A stretch of DNA of 64,000 bases. Origin: PVC group bacterium (GTDB lineage: Bacteria > Verrucomicrobiota > Kiritimatiellia > PWTM01). The translations under genes and the position numbers were made by a program. A model generated the notes under the pieces. That model did no database searches, was not told the DNA's origin, and saw nothing but the letters and a program-made list of their open reading frames with translations. Location: assembly GCA_003563855.1 (NCBI GenBank), contig PWTM01000309.1, forward strand, positions 18,385-82,384, given 5' to 3'. Shown here in pieces: positions 10,837-26,405 of the stretch; the first letter of the stretch is position 1; each line of letters starts with the position of its first letter.

Positions 10837-11172
10837 TCAGTCGCGCTCCGCCAGCACGATCGTAATGTGGCTCGTGCGCTTCTGGATGGGGCTCGCCATG
10901 CCGCGCGACCGGGGCCAGTAGCGGCGCTGGGTCGGCCCCTGGTCGACGACCGCCGCGCGCACGACCAGCGCGTCGGCCGAAAGGTTGTGGTTGTTCTCGG
11001 CGTTGGCGACCGCCGATTTCAGCGTCTTCCCGATCAACAGGGCCGCCTTGCGCCGGCTGAGCGAGGTGACGCGCAACGCTTCCGCCACGTCCTTGCCCGC
11101 GATTTCGCGGGCCAGGTCCCGGGCCTTGCTCGGCGCGATGCGCACGTACCTGGATTTCGCTGTCACTTCCAT
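10837..11172 (-). CDS. rplV: 50S ribosomal protein L22
   Basis: MEVTAKSRYVRIAPSKARDLAREIAGKDVAEAL... Confidence 0.92.
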   Translation of the reverse strand: MEVTAKSRYVRIAPSKARDLAREIAGKDVAEALRVTSLSRRKAALLIGKTLKSAVANAENNHNLSADALVVRAAVVDQGPTQRRYWPRSRGMASPIQKRTSHITIVLAERD

Positions 11173-11180
11173 AATTCCGC

Positions 11181-11705
11181 TCAGCGTCTCCGCTGCTCCC
11201 CCGCCACCGCCCGGTCACCCGCGCGCGGCGCCCATCCCGGCCGGATCTCTTCCACCCGCGCTCCTGTCACCTCGGCCCGCACGTCCGTCGCCCGTACACG
11301 CGCTACCCAGGCCCCGTCCCGGAACACGTCGAGGACATCGCCCCGGCGTATGCCGCTGCCCGCGCCGCCGGCCAGCACCGTCAAACCCAGCCGCCCGTCG
11401 TAGCCCAACACCGCCCGCCCCTCGGCCGGCGATTCGTCCGGCAGCCCTTCCCCGCCCGGCGCCCGATCCGCGCGCGCCTCGGCATCGGCGAGGGAGCGGG
11501 TCAGTCTAGCGACCCGGCCGGACAAGTCCAGCATTTCCTTTTCCGCTTCCGCAGCCGCCCGCGCTTCCGCATCCGCGGCCGTCCCACCCGCCGCCGGCGC
11601 GGCGCCTCCCGGCGTCCGCCGGCCCAGCGACCAGCCCGCCGCCAGGCCCGCCGCCAGGAGCAACGGCGCAGCGAACCGGCGCGCCGCTGCCGCCCCGGTC
11701 CACAT
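11181..11705 (-). CDS. hypothetical signal-anchored protein inserted inside the S10 operon between rpsS and rplV
   Basis: 174-aa ORF lying 12 nt after the rpsS stop and 8 nt before the rplV start. The N-terminus has a hydrophobic stretch (AAPLLLAAGLAAGWSLG), followed by a coiled-coil-like AEAEKEMLDLSGRVARLTRSLADAEAR and then a C-terminal beta-rich segment (GDVLDVFRDGAWVARVRATDVRAEVTGARVEEI). No r-protein similarity was recognised. Confidence 0.55.
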   Translation of the reverse strand: MWTGAAAARRFAAPLLLAAGLAAGWSLGRRTPGGAAPAAGGTAADAEARAAAEAEKEMLDLSGRVARLTRSLADAEARADRAPGGEGLPDESPAEGRAVLGYDGRLGLTVLAGGAGSGIRRGDVLDVFRDGAWVARVRATDVRAEVTGARVEEIRPGWAPRAGDRAVAGEQRRR

Positions 11706-11717
11706 GCGCCCGCCGTC

Positions 11718-12002
11718 CTACTTGAGCGAGACGGTCTTGTCCGTCGCCGCCCCGTGCCGTCGGAACGCCCGGGTCGGCGAGAACTCGCCCAGCCGGTGTC
11801 CCACCATGTTCTCCGTCACGAACACCGCGATAAACGCCTTGCCGTTGTGCACGAGAAACGTGTGCCCCACGAACTCCGGCAGGATCATCGAGCGGCGCGA
11901 CGAGGTCCGGATCTGCCGGCGCTCGCCGGTCTGGTTCATCCGCTCGACCCGCCGCAGCAGCTTGTCTTCGACGTAGGGTCCCTTCTTGATGGAACGGGCC
12001 AT
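11718..12002 (-). CDS. rpsS: 30S ribosomal protein S19
   Basis: [23 protein letters not shown]... Confidence 0.93.
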   Translation of the reverse strand: MARSIKKGPYVEDKLLRRVERMNQTGERRQIRTSSRRSMILPEFVGHTFLVHNGKAFIAVFVTENMVGHRLGEFSPTRAFRRHGAATDKTVSLK

Positions 12003-12005
12003 GGG

Positions 12006-12836
12006 TTACGCTCTCCGCTTGATGATGAATTTGCCCGAGCCCTTGTTGCGGGCGCGTGTACGGCGGCCCTTCGCCAGTTGGCCCCACGGCGAGACCGGGT
12101 GCCCCCCGCCGGAGGAGCGCCCTTCGCCGCCGCCCATGGGATGGTCGATCGGGTTCATGGCGACGCCGCGCACCGTGGGCCGAATGCCGAGCCAGCGCTT
12201 GCGCCCGGCCTTGCCCAGCGAAATCGACTCGTGCTCGGCGTTGCCGACCTGGCCGACGGTCGCGTAGCAGGACTCGCGCACGCGCCGGATTTCGCCCGAG
12301 GGCAGCTTCAGGTTCGCGAACCCTCCCTCGCGCGCCATCAGTTGCACGACCTGCCCGGCCGCGCGCGCAATCTGCGCGCCGGCGCCCGGCCGCAGTTCGA
12401 CGCAGTGAACCGGCATGCCCAGCGGAATACGCGCCAGCGGCAGCGCGTTGCCGACCGAAGGCTCGACCCGCTCGCCCGCCACCACCTCCTGGCCGGGCCG
12501 CAGCCCCTCGGGCGCGAGGATGTAGCGCTTCTCGCCGTCGCGGTAGTGCAGGAGCGCCAGCCGCGCGGAGCGGTTCGGGTCGTACTCGATCGCCGCCACG
12601 CGCGCGGGAATGTCCCGCTTCTCGCGCCGGAAGTCGACGAGGCGGACGTGCCGCTTGTGCCCACCGCCACGGTGCCGCACCGTGATGCGGCCCTGGCTGT
12701 TGCGGCCCGACCCCCGCTTCTTGTGCGCCAGGAGCCTGCGCTCGGGGCGCTTGTCGGTCAGGTCCTCGCCTCCGGACAGCTCCGTGAAGCGCCGGCTCGG
12801 GGTATAAGGTTTGCTCTTCTTCAACGCCATGGCCAT
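12006..12836 (-). CDS. rplB: 50S ribosomal protein L2
   Basis: ...[24 protein letters not shown]... Confidence 0.93.
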   Translation of the reverse strand: MAMALKKSKPYTPSRRFTELSGGEDLTDKRPERRLLAHKKRGSGRNSQGRITVRHRGGGHKRHVRLVDFRREKRDIPARVAAIEYDPNRSARLALLHYRDGEKRYILAPEGLRPGQEVVAGERVEPSVGNALPLARIPLGMPVHCVELRPGAGAQIARAAGQVVQLMAREGGFANLKLPSGEIRRVRESCYATVGQVGNAEHESISLGKAGRKRWLGIRPTVRGVAMNPIDHPMGGGEGRSSGGGHPVSPWGQLAKGRRTRARNKGSGKFIIKRRA

Positions 12837-12840
12837 CGCC

Positions 12841-13122
12841 TCATGTCAGGTCGATCGCATCGCCCGGCTTCAGGGTCACCAGCGCCTTCTTCCAGCGCGC
12901 CGTGGTCCCGTAGTTGCGCGTGCGTTCCCGCTTCTTCTTGCCCTTGCGGTTCAGCGTGTTCACCTTCACGACCGTCACGCCGAAGAGGTGTTCGATCGCC
13001 GAGCGCACGTCCGCCTTCGTTGCCCGCACGTCCACCCGGAACTGGTAGGTGTTGTGGGCCTCGGTCAGGCGCGTGCCCTTCTCCGACAGCACGATCCGAT
13101 CCACGGTCCGATAGGCGTCCAT
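12841..13122 (-). CDS. rplW: 50S ribosomal protein L23
   Basis: Only the last 93 aa of the 310-aa track ORF ([49 protein letters not shown]...) are L23. The remainder is out-of-frame overlap with rplD. Confidence 0.88.
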   Translation of the reverse strand: MDAYRTVDRIVLSEKGTRLTEAHNTYQFRVDVRATKADVRSAIEHLFGVTVVKVNTLNRKGKKKRERTRNYGTTARWKKALVTLKPGDAIDLT

Positions 13123-13766
13123 CACGCTCCCCTCCGCACCGGCGCCTTGACCCGCGCCTCGAGCGCCTCCATCGCCTCGCGGGTGACGGCCACGAGCGGG
13201 AAACGAAGGAGCGTCACGACCCCGAGCCGCGCGGCCGAAACCGCGTCGACGGCCGGATGGTTGCGCACCGCACGCGCGAGCGCCTCGTCCACTGCGGGCA
13301 CGACCAGCAGCAGGCCCGGCGGCTCGCCGAGGCGCCGGTGCAGCTCGGCTACGTGGCGCGTGCGGGCCTCCGGAAGGCTCAGGCTGTCGAGGACGACGAG
13401 TTCGCCGGCCGCGATCTTCTCGCTGAGCGCCCGCCGGAAGGCGAGGCGCGCCGCCTTCTTCGGAAGGCGCACGGCGAAGTCGCGCGGCTTCGGGCCGAAC
13501 GCGACGCCGCCGCCGCGGCGCACGGGCGAGCGCAGGTAACCGGCGCGCGCGCGACCGGTCCCCTTCTGCCGGTAGGGCTTGCTGCCGCGGCCGGCCACCT
13601 CGCCCTTCGTCCGCGTCGAGGCCGTGCCCGCCCGCTGCGCCGCCTGCTCCGCGATCACCGCGTCGTGCAGCGCCTGGCGGCCGCGGTCGTGGACGAGCAG
13701 CCCCTCGGCCAGCTCCCATTCGCCGGCCGGCTCGCCCTGCATGGTCTTCACCGGTATCCTGCTCAT
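13122..13766 (-). CDS. rplD: 50S ribosomal protein L4
   Basis: ...GSKPYRQKGTGRARAGYLRSPVRRGGGVAFGPKPRDF... Confidence 0.92.
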   Translation of the reverse strand: MSRIPVKTMQGEPAGEWELAEGLLVHDRGRQALHDAVIAEQAAQRAGTASTRTKGEVAGRGSKPYRQKGTGRARAGYLRSPVRRGGGVAFGPKPRDFAVRLPKKAARLAFRRALSEKIAAGELVVLDSLSLPEARTRHVAELHRRLGEPPGLLLVVPAVDEALARAVRNHPAVDAVSAARLGVVTLLRFPLVAVTREAMEALEARVKAPVRRGA

Positions 13767-14404
13767 GCCGCACCCGCCGCCTTCTTGATCGCCTTACGCA
13801 CGACCACCAGCCCGCCCGTCGGCCCTGGCACGGACCCCTCGACCAGCAGCACGTGGTCGTCGGCCCGCACCTCTACGACGCGCAGGTTCTGCGTGGTGAC
13901 CCGGCGATGGCCCATATGGCCGGGCATCTTCTTGTTCTTCAGCACGCGGCCCGGCCACTCGCGCATGCCGACCGCACCGGTGCGCCGGTGCATCGTGTGC
14001 CCGTGCGAGGCCGGCTGCCCGCCCATCCCGTGCCGCTTCATCACGCCCTGGAACCCGCGGCCCTTCGAAACGCCCGTGACATCCACGTGCCCGACGCCGT
14101 CGAAGATCGCGACCGTCACGACCGCGCCCGGCTCGACCGACTCGCCCTCGGCCAGCGGGACCTCCATCAGCCGCGCAGCCGGCGCCCCGCCGTGTTTCGC
14201 GAAATGGCCCCGGGCCGGACGGCTCAGCCGTCGCTCGCGCACCTCGCCCAGCCCCAGTTGCGCCGCGCCGTACCCGTCGCGCTCCGGCGTCCGGCACTGC
14301 ACGACGACGCAGGGCCCCACCTCGAGCACCGTCACGGGAACCTGGCGCCCGTCCGGCGCGTAGACCCGCGTCATCCCCCGTTTACGTCCCAACAAAGCGT
14401 CCAT
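13763..14404 (-). CDS. rplC: 50S ribosomal protein L3
   Basis: [15 protein letters not shown]...[12 protein letters not shown]... Confidence 0.93.
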   Translation of the reverse strand: MDALLGRKRGMTRVYAPDGRQVPVTVLEVGPCVVVQCRTPERDGYGAAQLGLGEVRERRLSRPARGHFAKHGGAPAARLMEVPLAEGESVEPGAVVTVAIFDGVGHVDVTGVSKGRGFQGVMKRHGMGGQPASHGHTMHRRTGAVGMREWPGRVLKNKKMPGHMGHRRVTTQNLRVVEVRADDHVLLVEGSVPGPTGGLVVVRKAIKKAAGAA

Positions 14405-14407
14405 GGC

Positions 14408-14716
14408 CTATACCTTGATCGTGATGTCCACGCCCGCGGGGAGGTTCAGCTTCTTGAGCTCGTCCACCGTGCGGGCCGTGGGCTCGATGATGTCCAGAAT
14501 CCGCTTGTGGGTGCGGATCTCGAACTGCTCCATCGACTTCTTGTCCACGTGCGGACTTCGGTTGACGGAGTAGCGCTCGATCCGTGTCGGCAGCGGGATC
14601 GGGCCCATGACCTGCGCGCCCGTCCGCTTGGCGGTCTCCACGATGTCCCCGGCCGACTGGTCGAGAACCCGGTGGTCGTAGCCGCGCAGTCTAATCCTGA
14701 TCCGTTGCCCGCTCAT
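14408..14716 (-). CDS. rpsJ: 30S ribosomal protein S10
   Basis: [34 protein letters not shown]... Confidence 0.93.
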   Translation of the reverse strand: MSGQRIRIRLRGYDHRVLDQSAGDIVETAKRTGAQVMGPIPLPTRIERYSVNRSPHVDKKSMEQFEIRTHKRILDIIEPTARTVDELKKLNLPAGVDITIKV

Positions 14717-14726
14717 GTTCGCATCC

Positions 14727-16865
14727 TCACCGGTTCAGCACGCCCGCCTGCAGCGCGTCGGGCACGGGTTCGAACGACTTCGGTTCCATCACGTACGTGG
14801 CGCGCCCGCGCGAGAGGGAACGCAACGCCGTCGCGTACCCGAAGAGCTCGACCAGCGGAACGTCGGCGGCGATGTGGTGCAGACCCTGCTCCACGACCAT
14901 CTCGCGCACCTGGCCCCGGCGCCCGTTCAGGTCGCCGAGCACCTCTCCCATCGCGTCCTCCGGCGTCACCACCTCGACCGCCATGATCGGCTCGAGCAGC
15001 GCCGGCTTCGCCTGCTGGAGCGCCTCGCGCAGCGCCATCATCGCCGCCGTCCGGAACGCGATCTCGGTCGACTCCTCGCTGCGCAGCCCGGCGCCGCAAA
15101 TGCGCGCCTCGACATCGACCATCGGATAGTGGCCCAGCACGCCGGTGCAGAGTCCGTCCCGGATGCCTTCCTCGACAGCCTGCCGGAAGGCCTTGGGAAG
15201 ACCGTCGGCCACGGGGGTCTCCCAGCAGACGGCATTGCCCTCGCCGCGCGCGCGCGGCCGCAGCGCCAGCGCGACCTCCGCGTACTGCGCTCCCCCCCCG
15301 ATCTCGCGCTGGAACACGTGCGTGGCGCGCGCCTCGGCGCGGATCGTCTCGCGATACGAAACCATGGGGCGGCCGGTGTTGGCGGCCACCCGGAACTCCC
15401 GCAGCATGCGGTCGCGGATGATCTCCAGGTGCAGCTCGCCCATGCCGCTGACCAGCGTCTGGCCCGTTTCCGCATCGACGGTGATGCGGAACGTCGGGTC
15501 CTCGGCGGCCAGGGCGGCCAGCGCCGCCTCGAGCGCCGGGCGATCTCCCGCCGTCCGCGGCTCGACCGCCATCGCGATGACCGGCTCCGGAAAGACGATC
15601 CGCTCGAGCACCACCGGATCGTTCTCGGCGCAAAGCGTGTCGCCGGTCGTCGCCTCGCGCAGGCCCACGAGCCCGCCGATCTCGCCGGCGTAGAGCGCAT
15701 CGACGTCACGGCGGTCGTTCGCGTGGAGTTGGAGGATGCGCGAGGTCCGCTCGCGTTTTCGCAGGCGGGGGTTGTAGATATTCTGCCCCTTGCGCAGCAC
15801 CCCGGAGTATACCCGGACGAAGGTCAACTTGCCCACGTACGGGTCCGTGGCAATCTTGAATGCCAGCACGCTCAACGGCGCGAAATCGTCGGCGGAACGC
15901 TCCACCGGAGCCTCTGTCTTCGGATGATGGCCGCGGATGGGCGGGACATCGAGCGGCGAGGGCAGATAGTCGACAATCGCGTCCAACAGCAGTTGCACGC
16001 CCTTGTTCTTGAGCGCGCTGCCGCAGAGCACCGGCGTAAGCCGGCCCGCCAGCGTGGCGCGACGCAGGCCGGCGGTGAGGAGCTCGGCGGGAATGTCCGC
16101 CTCCCTCAGGTAGGCGTCCTGCACGGCCTCGTCCGCCTCGGCCACCGCCTCGACGAGGCGCGCGCGCTCCGCCTCTGCCTTCTCGGCCCACGGGGCCGGG
16201 ATCGGCTCGCGCCGGACCTCGGCGCCCTGCGAAGCCTCGTCGAACGAAACGGCCTCCATGCGGACCAGGTCGAGCACGCCGCGAAAGGCGTCCGCCTCGC
16301 CCCAGGGCCAGCAGGTCACCGCGGGCGAGGCGTGCAGGCGGTCGCGCAGCCGCGCGACCACCCATTCGAACCGCGCGCCCATGCGGTCGAGCTTGTTGAC
16401 GAAGGCAATCCTCGGCACCCGGTACCGGGTCGCCTGGCGCCAGACGGTCTCCGACTGCGGCTGGACGCCGGCCACGCCGCAGAAGACGCCGACGGCGCCG
16501 TCCAACACCCGCAACGCACGCTCCACCTCCGCGGTGAAATCCACGTGGCCGGGCGTGTCGATCAGGTTGATCTGCCGGTCCCGCCAGGCGCACGTCGTGG
16601 CCGCGCTCTGGATCGTGATGCCCCGCTCCTGCTCCTGGGCCATCCAGTCCATCGTCGCGGTGCCCTCGTGCACCTCGCCGAGCCGGTGCACGCGGCCGGA
16701 ATAGAACAGGATCCGTTCCGAGACCGTCGTCTTGCCGGCATCGATGTGTGCGACGATCCCGACGTTGCGGATTGCGGACAGACCGCGGCGCCGCTCCGGC
16801 GCCTCGAGGGGCCGGGGCTTCGCATCTGCGTGCGTCTCGCCGGGTCTGTTCACGGTCTGCACCAT
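14727..16865 (-). CDS. fusA: elongation factor G (divergent, ~25-aa N-terminal extension)
   Basis: [17 protein letters not shown] and NKLD GTPase motifs; 712 aa; lies between rpsJ and rpsG. Confidence 0.9.
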   Translation of the reverse strand: MVQTVNRPGETHADAKPRPLEAPERRRGLSAIRNVGIVAHIDAGKTTVSERILFYSGRVHRLGEVHEGTATMDWMAQEQERGITIQSAATTCAWRDRQINLIDTPGHVDFTAEVERALRVLDGAVGVFCGVAGVQPQSETVWRQATRYRVPRIAFVNKLDRMGARFEWVVARLRDRLHASPAVTCWPWGEADAFRGVLDLVRMEAVSFDEASQGAEVRREPIPAPWAEKAEAERARLVEAVAEADEAVQDAYLREADIPAELLTAGLRRATLAGRLTPVLCGSALKNKGVQLLLDAIVDYLPSPLDVPPIRGHHPKTEAPVERSADDFAPLSVLAFKIATDPYVGKLTFVRVYSGVLRKGQNIYNPRLRKRERTSRILQLHANDRRDVDALYAGEIGGLVGLREATTGDTLCAENDPVVLERIVFPEPVIAMAVEPRTAGDRPALEAALAALAAEDPTFRITVDAETGQTLVSGMGELHLEIIRDRMLREFRVAANTGRPMVSYRETIRAEARATHVFQREIGGGAQYAEVALALRPRARGEGNAVCWETPVADGLPKAFRQAVEEGIRDGLCTGVLGHYPMVDVEARICGAGLRSEESTEIAFRTAAMMALREALQQAKPALLEPIMAVEVVTPEDAMGEVLGDLNGRRGQVREMVVEQGLHHIAADVPLVELFGYATALRSLSRGRATYVMEPKSFEPVPDALQAGVLNR

Positions 16866-16880
16866 CGGAAACCCGCCCGC

Positions 16881-17351
16881 CTACCAGCGGTAATGGGCGA
16901 AGGCCCGGTTGGCCTGGGCCATCTTGTGGGTGTCGTCACGCTTCTTCACGGCCGCACCCTGGTTGTTGAACGCGTCCATCAGCTCGTAGGCCAGGGCCTC
17001 CTTCATCGCCACGCCCTTGCGCGCCCGGGCATACTGCTTGAGCCAGCGAAGCGCCAGCGCAAGCTGACGCTGCTCGCCGACCTCGATCGGCACCTGGTAG
17101 GTGGCGCCGCCGACCCGGCGGGACTTGACTTCGAGGCGGGGTTTCACGTTCTCGATCGCGCGCGTCGCGATCTCGAGGCTGTCGCCCTCCATCTTCTCGC
17201 CGATCAGGTCCAGCGCCCCGTAGACGATCCGCTGTGCGACCGACTTCTTGCCCCGCTGCATGAGCATGCTGATCATCCGCGCGACCAGTTCGCTCTCGAA
17301 CCGCGCGTCGGGCGTCAACACCCGCTTCTCCGCTTTGCGTCTTCGTGCCAT
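16881..17351 (-). CDS. rpsG: 30S ribosomal protein S7
   Basis: [36 protein letters not shown]... Start at ATG 17351; the upstream 31 codons of the track ORF are read-through. Confidence 0.92.
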   Translation of the reverse strand: MARRRKAEKRVLTPDARFESELVARMISMLMQRGKKSVAQRIVYGALDLIGEKMEGDSLEIATRAIENVKPRLEVKSRRVGGATYQVPIEVGEQRQLALALRWLKQYARARKGVAMKEALAYELMDAFNNQGAAVKKRDDTHKMAQANRAFAHYRW

Positions 17352-17361
17352 GGCGCCCGTC

Positions 17362-17748
17362 CTACTTCTTCGCGCTATCCTTCGGCGCCTTCGCGCCGTA
17401 CTTCGACCGGCCGCGCCGGCGGCCCTCCACGCCCAACGCGTCAAGCGTCCCGCGCACGACGTGGTAGCGGACGCCGGGCAGGTCCTTCACCCGTCCCCCG
17501 CGCACGAGCACCATGCTGTGCTCCTGGAGGTTGTGCCCCTCGCCGGGGATGTAGGCCGAAACCTCGTACCCGTTCGTGAGCCGGACGCGCGCCACCTTCC
17601 GGAGCGCGGAGTTCGGCTTCTTCGGCGTCATCGTCTTGACCAGCAGGCATACGCCGCGGCGCTGCGGGCAACGCGCCAGCGCGGGCGACTTGCTCTTGCG
17701 GCGCGGCGGCGTCCGCGGATTCCGAATCAGTTGGTTGATCGTCGGCAT
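17362..17748 (-). CDS. rpsL: 30S ribosomal protein S12 (short Lys-rich C-terminal tail)
   Basis: [51 protein letters not shown]... Start at 17748. Confidence 0.92.
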   Translation of the reverse strand: MPTINQLIRNPRTPPRRKSKSPALARCPQRRGVCLLVKTMTPKKPNSALRKVARVRLTNGYEVSAYIPGEGHNLQEHSMVLVRGGRVKDLPGVRYHVVRGTLDALGVEGRRRGRSKYGAKAPKDSAKK

Positions 17749-17782
17749 GCTGTATCCTCGTCCCAATGCAAAGCCGGGAAAC

Positions 17783-20700
17783 CTACCCGATCGATCCCGG
17801 GCTCGGCAACTCCATTCGCTCATCTTCCGACGGTTTCTGCTCGAGCAGCTTCTCGCCGAGCATCTCCTCGATCGCGATCGGCTCGGCCAGCGGCACGAGC
17901 CGGACGTTCCGGTGCATCGGGAAACCGCTCCCGGCCGGGATCAGGTGCCCCATGATCACGTTCTCCTTGAAGCCGCGCAGGTAGTCGCGCCGCCCGAGGG
18001 TCGCCGCGTCGGCCAGCACCCGCGTGGTGTCCTGGAAGGACGCCGCCGAGATGAAGCTCTCCGTCTCGAGCGCCGCCTTCGTGATGCCCAGCAGGACGGG
18101 GCTCGCCGCCGCCGGCCGCTTGCCCTCCGCCGCGGCCTTCTGGTTCACCTGCTGGAAGGCGTGCCGCTCGATCTGCTCGCCCCAGAGGAACTCGGTGTCG
18201 CCCGGGTCCGTGATCCGCACCTTGCGCAGCATCTGCCGCACGATGATCTCGATGTGCTTGTCGTTGATCTCGACGCCCTGGAGCCTGTAGACCTCCTGGA
18301 TCTCGTTGAGCAGGTACTCCTGCAGCTCCTTCGGCCCGCAGACGTCCAGCACCTCCTGCGGCACGACGGGCCCCTCCGTGAGCTGCTGCCCCTTGTGCAC
18401 CTGGTCGCCACGGTAGACCACAACGTGCTTGCCCATCGGGATGAGGTGCTCCTCCTCGTCCCCGGTGACCGGATCGCGGACGACCAGCTTGCGGCGGCCC
18501 TTGACGGTACCCGCGAACTCGACGGTGCCGTCGATCTTCGCGATTTCGGCCGCATCCTTCGGGCGGCGCGCCTCGACCAGTTCGGCCACGCGCGGGAGGC
18601 CGCCCGTGATGTCCTTCGTGCGGACGGCCTTGCGCGGCATGCGCGCCATGCGTTCACCGGCGCGGACCTGGCTGCCCGCCGCGACCATCACGTAGGCGCC
18701 CGCCGGGATCGTGTACGAGGCCAGCGGCTCGCCACCGTCCGGGGGCACGATCAGGATTTGCGGGTGGAGCTCCTCCTTGTGCTCCATGATCACCGTCTCG
18801 GTGCGGCCCGTGGCCTCGTCGCGATCCTTGCGGAAGGAGACGCCCTCGATGAAGTCGCGGAACTGCACCACGCCGGCCTTCTCGGCCAGGATCGGGACGT
18901 TGTGCGGATCCCACTTCACGAAGCTCTGCCCCTTCTTGACCCGCCCGCCGTCCTCGACCGCGATCTCCGCGCCGAGCACCGGCGAATGCCGCTCGAGTTC
19001 CCGCCCCACATCGTCGTAGATGCTGAGGACGCCGTTCTTGTTCAGCACGATGAACGTGCCGTCCGTCGCCTGCGCCGTCCGCAGGTCCTCGTAGCGCACG
19101 AGGCCGTCGTGCTTGGCCACGATCTGCGGCTGCTTGAACACCGAGCTGGCCGTGCCGCCGATGTGGAAGGTCCGCATGGTGAGCTGTGTGCCCGGCTCGC
19201 CGATCGACTGCGCCGCGATGATGCCGACGGCCTCGCCGAGGGCGACCTGCCGGCCGGTGGCCAGGTTGCGCCCGTAGCACTTGGCGCAGACGCCCCGGAG
19301 CGACTCGCAGGTCAGGACGCTGCGGATGCGGACCCGGTCGAGGTTCGCGCGCACGATGCGGCTGGCGGCGACCTCGTCGACCTCCTGGCCGGCGGCCACC
19401 AGGATCTCCTGCTTGAGCGGCTCGCGAACATCGTCCAGGGCCGTGCGCCCCATGATCCGCGACTCGAGCGAGACCAGCTCGTCGTCCCCCTCGTAGATGC
19501 CCGAGACCTCGATGCCGTTGAGCGTCCCGCAGTCCTCCTCGACGACGATGATGTCGTGGGCGACATCGACCAGCCGCCGCGTCAGGTACCCCGCGTCCGC
19601 CGTCTTCAGCGCCGTGTCGGCCAGCCCCTTGCGGGCGCCGTGCGTGCTGATGAAGTACTCGAGCACGCTGAGCCCCTCGCGGAAGTTCGAGATGATCGGC
19701 CGCTCGATGATCTCGCCCGACGGCTTGGCCATCAGGCCGCGCATGCCCGAGAGCTGGCGGATCTGCTGGCGGCTGCCGCGCGCCCCGGAATCCACCATCA
19801 TGAAGACCGGGTTGATGTCCTCCTGGCGCGGACGCCGGGGATCGAAGGCGTTGAACTCCAGCGCCCGGTACATCACGTTCGAGATCTCTTCGGTCGCGTG
19901 CGTCCAGATGTCGATGATCTTGTTGTAGCGCTCGCCGTCGGTGATGACGCCCCGGCGGTACTGCGTCTCGACGGTGGCGATGCTGCGGCGGGCGTCCGCG
20001 ACGATCTTCGCCTTCTCGGGCGGCACGATCATGTCTTCCATGCCGATCGAGATACCCGCCCGCGTCGCGTGCTCGAACCCGAGATCCTTGAGCCGGTCGA
20101 GCACGGTCACGGTCTGCTCGTGCCCGGCCACCTGGTAACAGCGCCAGATCGTCTCGGCCAGTCGCTTCTTCGTCACGACCTGGTTGACGAAGCCCAGCGC
20201 GTCCGGCCAGATCTCGTTGAAGAAGACGCGCCCGACGGTCGTGACGATCCCCCGCCGTTCCGCGTCCCCATAGACGGTCGAGCGACCGAAATCGGGATTA
20301 CGGAACCGGATGCGGTCGTGAATCTGAAGCGCACCGTCGTCGAACGCCGTGTGGACCTCCGCTTCGTCGGCGAGGATCGGCAGGCGCTCGTCCGCGGGCG
20401 CCCCGCCGCGCCGCTGGCGGATGCGGTCCGCCTGCGAATCGCTCGTCAGGTAGTAGCACCCCAGCGCGATGTCCTGGCTCGGCGTCGTGATCGGCCGCCC
20501 GCTCGACGGCGAAAAGATATTGTTCGGCGCCAGCATGAGCAGCCGCGACTCCATCTGCGCCTCGATCGAAAGCGGCACGTGCACCGCCATCTGGTCGCCG
20601 TCGAAGTCCGCGTTGTAGGCCGTGCAGACCAGCGGATGGATGCGGATCGCCTCGCCCTCGATCAGCACAGGCTCGAACGACTGGATGCTGAGGCGGTGCA

Positions 20701-21994
20701 GCGTCGGCGCCCGGTTCAGCATCACCGTGTGCCCGTGCGTGACCTCGTCGAGAATGTCCCAGACCTGGTCGTCCTCGCGCTCGATCAGCTTCTTGGCGCT
20801 GCGCACGGTATGCACGATGCCCAGGTCCTTCAGCCGGCGGATGATGAAGGGTTCGAAGAGGACGAGCGCCATCTTCTTGGGCAGCCCGCACTCGTTCATC
20901 CGAAGGTCCGGCCCGACCACGATCACCGAACGGCCCGAGTAGTCCACCCGCTTGCCGAGCAGGTTCTGCCGGAACCGGCCCTGCTTGCCCCGCAGCATGT
21001 CGCTGAGCGACTTGAGGGGGCGGTTCCCCGCGCCGGTCACCGCGCGACCGTGCCGGCCGTTGTCGAAGAGCGCGTCGACGGCCTCCTGCAGCATGCGCTT
21101 CTCGTTGCGGATGATGACGTCGGGCGTCTTGAGCTGCAGCAGGTTCCGCAGGCGGTTGTTCCGGTTGATCACGCGGCGGTACAAGTCGTTGAGGTCCGAG
21201 GTCGCGAACCGGCCGCCCTCGAGGGGCACGAGCGGACGCAGGTCCGGCGGGATGACCGGCAGGACGTCGATGATCATCCACTCCGGGCGCGAACCGCTCT
21301 GAAGGAACCCCTCGATCAGCTTCATGCGCTTCGTCAGTTTCTTCCGCACCTGCTTGCTGCGCGTCAGCTCCATCTCCTCGGTGAGCTGCGCCCGCTCCTT
21401 CTCGAGGTCGATCTCCGCCATCAGCGTCCGCACCGCCTCGGCGCCCATGCCCGCCGTGAAGGCGGCCCCGTAGGTGTCCTGCGCCTCGCGGTACTGGATC
21501 TCGTCCAGGAGCTGCTTGGCCTTCAGCGGCGTGTCGCCCGGGTCGATGACGATGTAGTCCTCGTAGTAGAGCACCCGTTCGAGTGCCCGCATCGTCATGT
21601 CCAGGATCAGCCCCATCCGGCTCGGGGTGCACTTGTAGAACCAGATGTGCGAGACCGGCACGGCCAGTTCGATCGTGCCCATCCGCTCGCGGCGGACGCG
21701 GGCCTGGGTCACCTCGACGCCGCAGCGGTCGCAGATCACGTTCTTGTGCTTGATGCGCTTGTACTTCCCGCAACCGCACTCCCAGTCCTTCGTCGGGCCG
21801 AAGATGCGTTCGCAGAACAGCCCGCCCTTCTCGGGCTTGAAGGTCCGGTAGTTGATCGTCTCCGGGTTCTTGACCTCGCCGTGACTCCACCCCCGGATCT
21901 GCTCCGGCGACGCCAGCGTGATGCTGACGGAGTCGAAGGTATCCTGGATGTCGAGGCCCAACGCTTGTGCGGCACTGTCGGTCAGCTCTGCCAT
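17783..21994 (-). CDS. rpoC: DNA-directed RNA polymerase beta' subunit
   Basis: 1403 aa with a [21 protein letters not shown] zinc-finger region and [14 protein letters not shown]. Confidence 0.95.
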   Translation of the reverse strand: MAELTDSAAQALGLDIQDTFDSVSITLASPEQIRGWSHGEVKNPETINYRTFKPEKGGLFCERIFGPTKDWECGCGKYKRIKHKNVICDRCGVEVTQARVRRERMGTIELAVPVSHIWFYKCTPSRMGLILDMTMRALERVLYYEDYIVIDPGDTPLKAKQLLDEIQYREAQDTYGAAFTAGMGAEAVRTLMAEIDLEKERAQLTEEMELTRSKQVRKKLTKRMKLIEGFLQSGSRPEWMIIDVLPVIPPDLRPLVPLEGGRFATSDLNDLYRRVINRNNRLRNLLQLKTPDVIIRNEKRMLQEAVDALFDNGRHGRAVTGAGNRPLKSLSDMLRGKQGRFRQNLLGKRVDYSGRSVIVVGPDLRMNECGLPKKMALVLFEPFIIRRLKDLGIVHTVRSAKKLIEREDDQVWDILDEVTHGHTVMLNRAPTLHRLSIQSFEPVLIEGEAIRIHPLVCTAYNADFDGDQMAVHVPLSIEAQMESRLLMLAPNNIFSPSSGRPITTPSQDIALGCYYLTSDSQADRIRQRRGGAPADERLPILADEAEVHTAFDDGALQIHDRIRFRNPDFGRSTVYGDAERRGIVTTVGRVFFNEIWPDALGFVNQVVTKKRLAETIWRCYQVAGHEQTVTVLDRLKDLGFEHATRAGISIGMEDMIVPPEKAKIVADARRSIATVETQYRRGVITDGERYNKIIDIWTHATEEISNVMYRALEFNAFDPRRPRQEDINPVFMMVDSGARGSRQQIRQLSGMRGLMAKPSGEIIERPIISNFREGLSVLEYFISTHGARKGLADTALKTADAGYLTRRLVDVAHDIIVVEEDCGTLNGIEVSGIYEGDDELVSLESRIMGRTALDDVREPLKQEILVAAGQEVDEVAASRIVRANLDRVRIRSVLTCESLRGVCAKCYGRNLATGRQVALGEAVGIIAAQSIGEPGTQLTMRTFHIGGTASSVFKQPQIVAKHDGLVRYEDLRTAQATDGTFIVLNKNGVLSIYDDVGRELERHSPVLGAEIAVEDGGRVKKGQSFVKWDPHNVPILAEKAGVVQFRDFIEGVSFRKDRDEATGRTETVIMEHKEELHPQILIVPPDGGEPLASYTIPAGAYVMVAAGSQVRAGERMARMPRKAVRTKDITGGLPRVAELVEARRPKDAAEIAKIDGTVEFAGTVKGRRKLVVRDPVTGDEEEHLIPMGKHVVVYRGDQVHKGQQLTEGPVVPQEVLDVCGPKELQEYLLNEIQEVYRLQGVEINDKHIEIIVRQMLRKVRITDPGDTEFLWGEQIERHAFQQVNQKAAAEGKRPAAASPVLLGITKAALETESFISAASFQDTTRVLADAATLGRRDYLRGFKENVIMGHLIPAGSGFPMHRNVRLVPLAEPIAIEEMLGEKLLEQKPSEDERMELPSPGSIG

Positions 21995-22035
21995 GATCGC
22001 TCCTGCCCGGCGCCCGCGGCGCCGTTCGGCTTTCC

Positions 22036-25797
<3,762 letters not shown>

Positions 25798-25888
25798 GCA
25801 ACACCTTCAGGCGAGAGACGACCCCTCCAACGCCAAATCCCGGGACGGCCACGCGCCGCCCCGGGCCCACCACGCCGGCCCGACCCCG

Positions 25889-26308
25889 CTACTTGATCTC
25901 GACCTGGGCACCGGCCGCTTCCAGTTTGGCCTTCATGGCCTCGGCCTCTTCCTTCGTGGCCCCCTCCTTGACCGTCTTCGGCGCCGCGTCCACCAGGTCC
26001 TTCGCCTCCTTGAGCCCGAGGCTGGTCATGGTGCGAAGTTCCTTGATGACCTGGATCTTCTGGCTGCCGGCCGCCTTGAGGATCACCTCGAACTCCGTTT
26101 GCTCTTCTTCCTTGGCTTCCGCGGCCCCGCCCGCCGGCATGGCCATCATGCCCATCGGCGCGGCGGCCGAGACGCCCAAGCGGTCCTCCAGCGCCTTGAC
26201 CAGTTTCGAGAGCTCCAGCACGCTGATGCCCTCGATCCAATCGACGAACTCCGCCATCTTCCCCTCGAGCTTCGGCTGCTCGACCGTGGCTGCTTCCTGC
26301 TCCGCCAT
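25889..26308 (-). CDS. rplL: 50S ribosomal protein L7/L12
   Basis: [11 protein letters not shown]...[36 protein letters not shown]... Start at ATG 26308 with a GGAGAG RBS. Confidence 0.9.
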   Translation of the reverse strand: MAEQEAATVEQPKLEGKMAEFVDWIEGISVLELSKLVKALEDRLGVSAAAPMGMMAMPAGGAAEAKEEEQTEFEVILKAAGSQKIQVIKELRTMTSLGLKEAKDLVDAAPKTVKEGATKEEAEAMKAKLEAAGAQVEIK

Positions 26309-26405
26309 GTTCGCTCTCCTTCTCGACTGCGGATGCGCCCCGCGCATCCCGACTGTTTCCCCTACACTCCACCGGCCGCGGAACCGCGCCGGTCCCGCGC
26401 GCGCG

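Noticed and set aside
12841-13773. 310-aa ORF annotated by the track as a single protein
   Set aside because: Only the final 93 aa are L23. Upstream is rplD in another frame.
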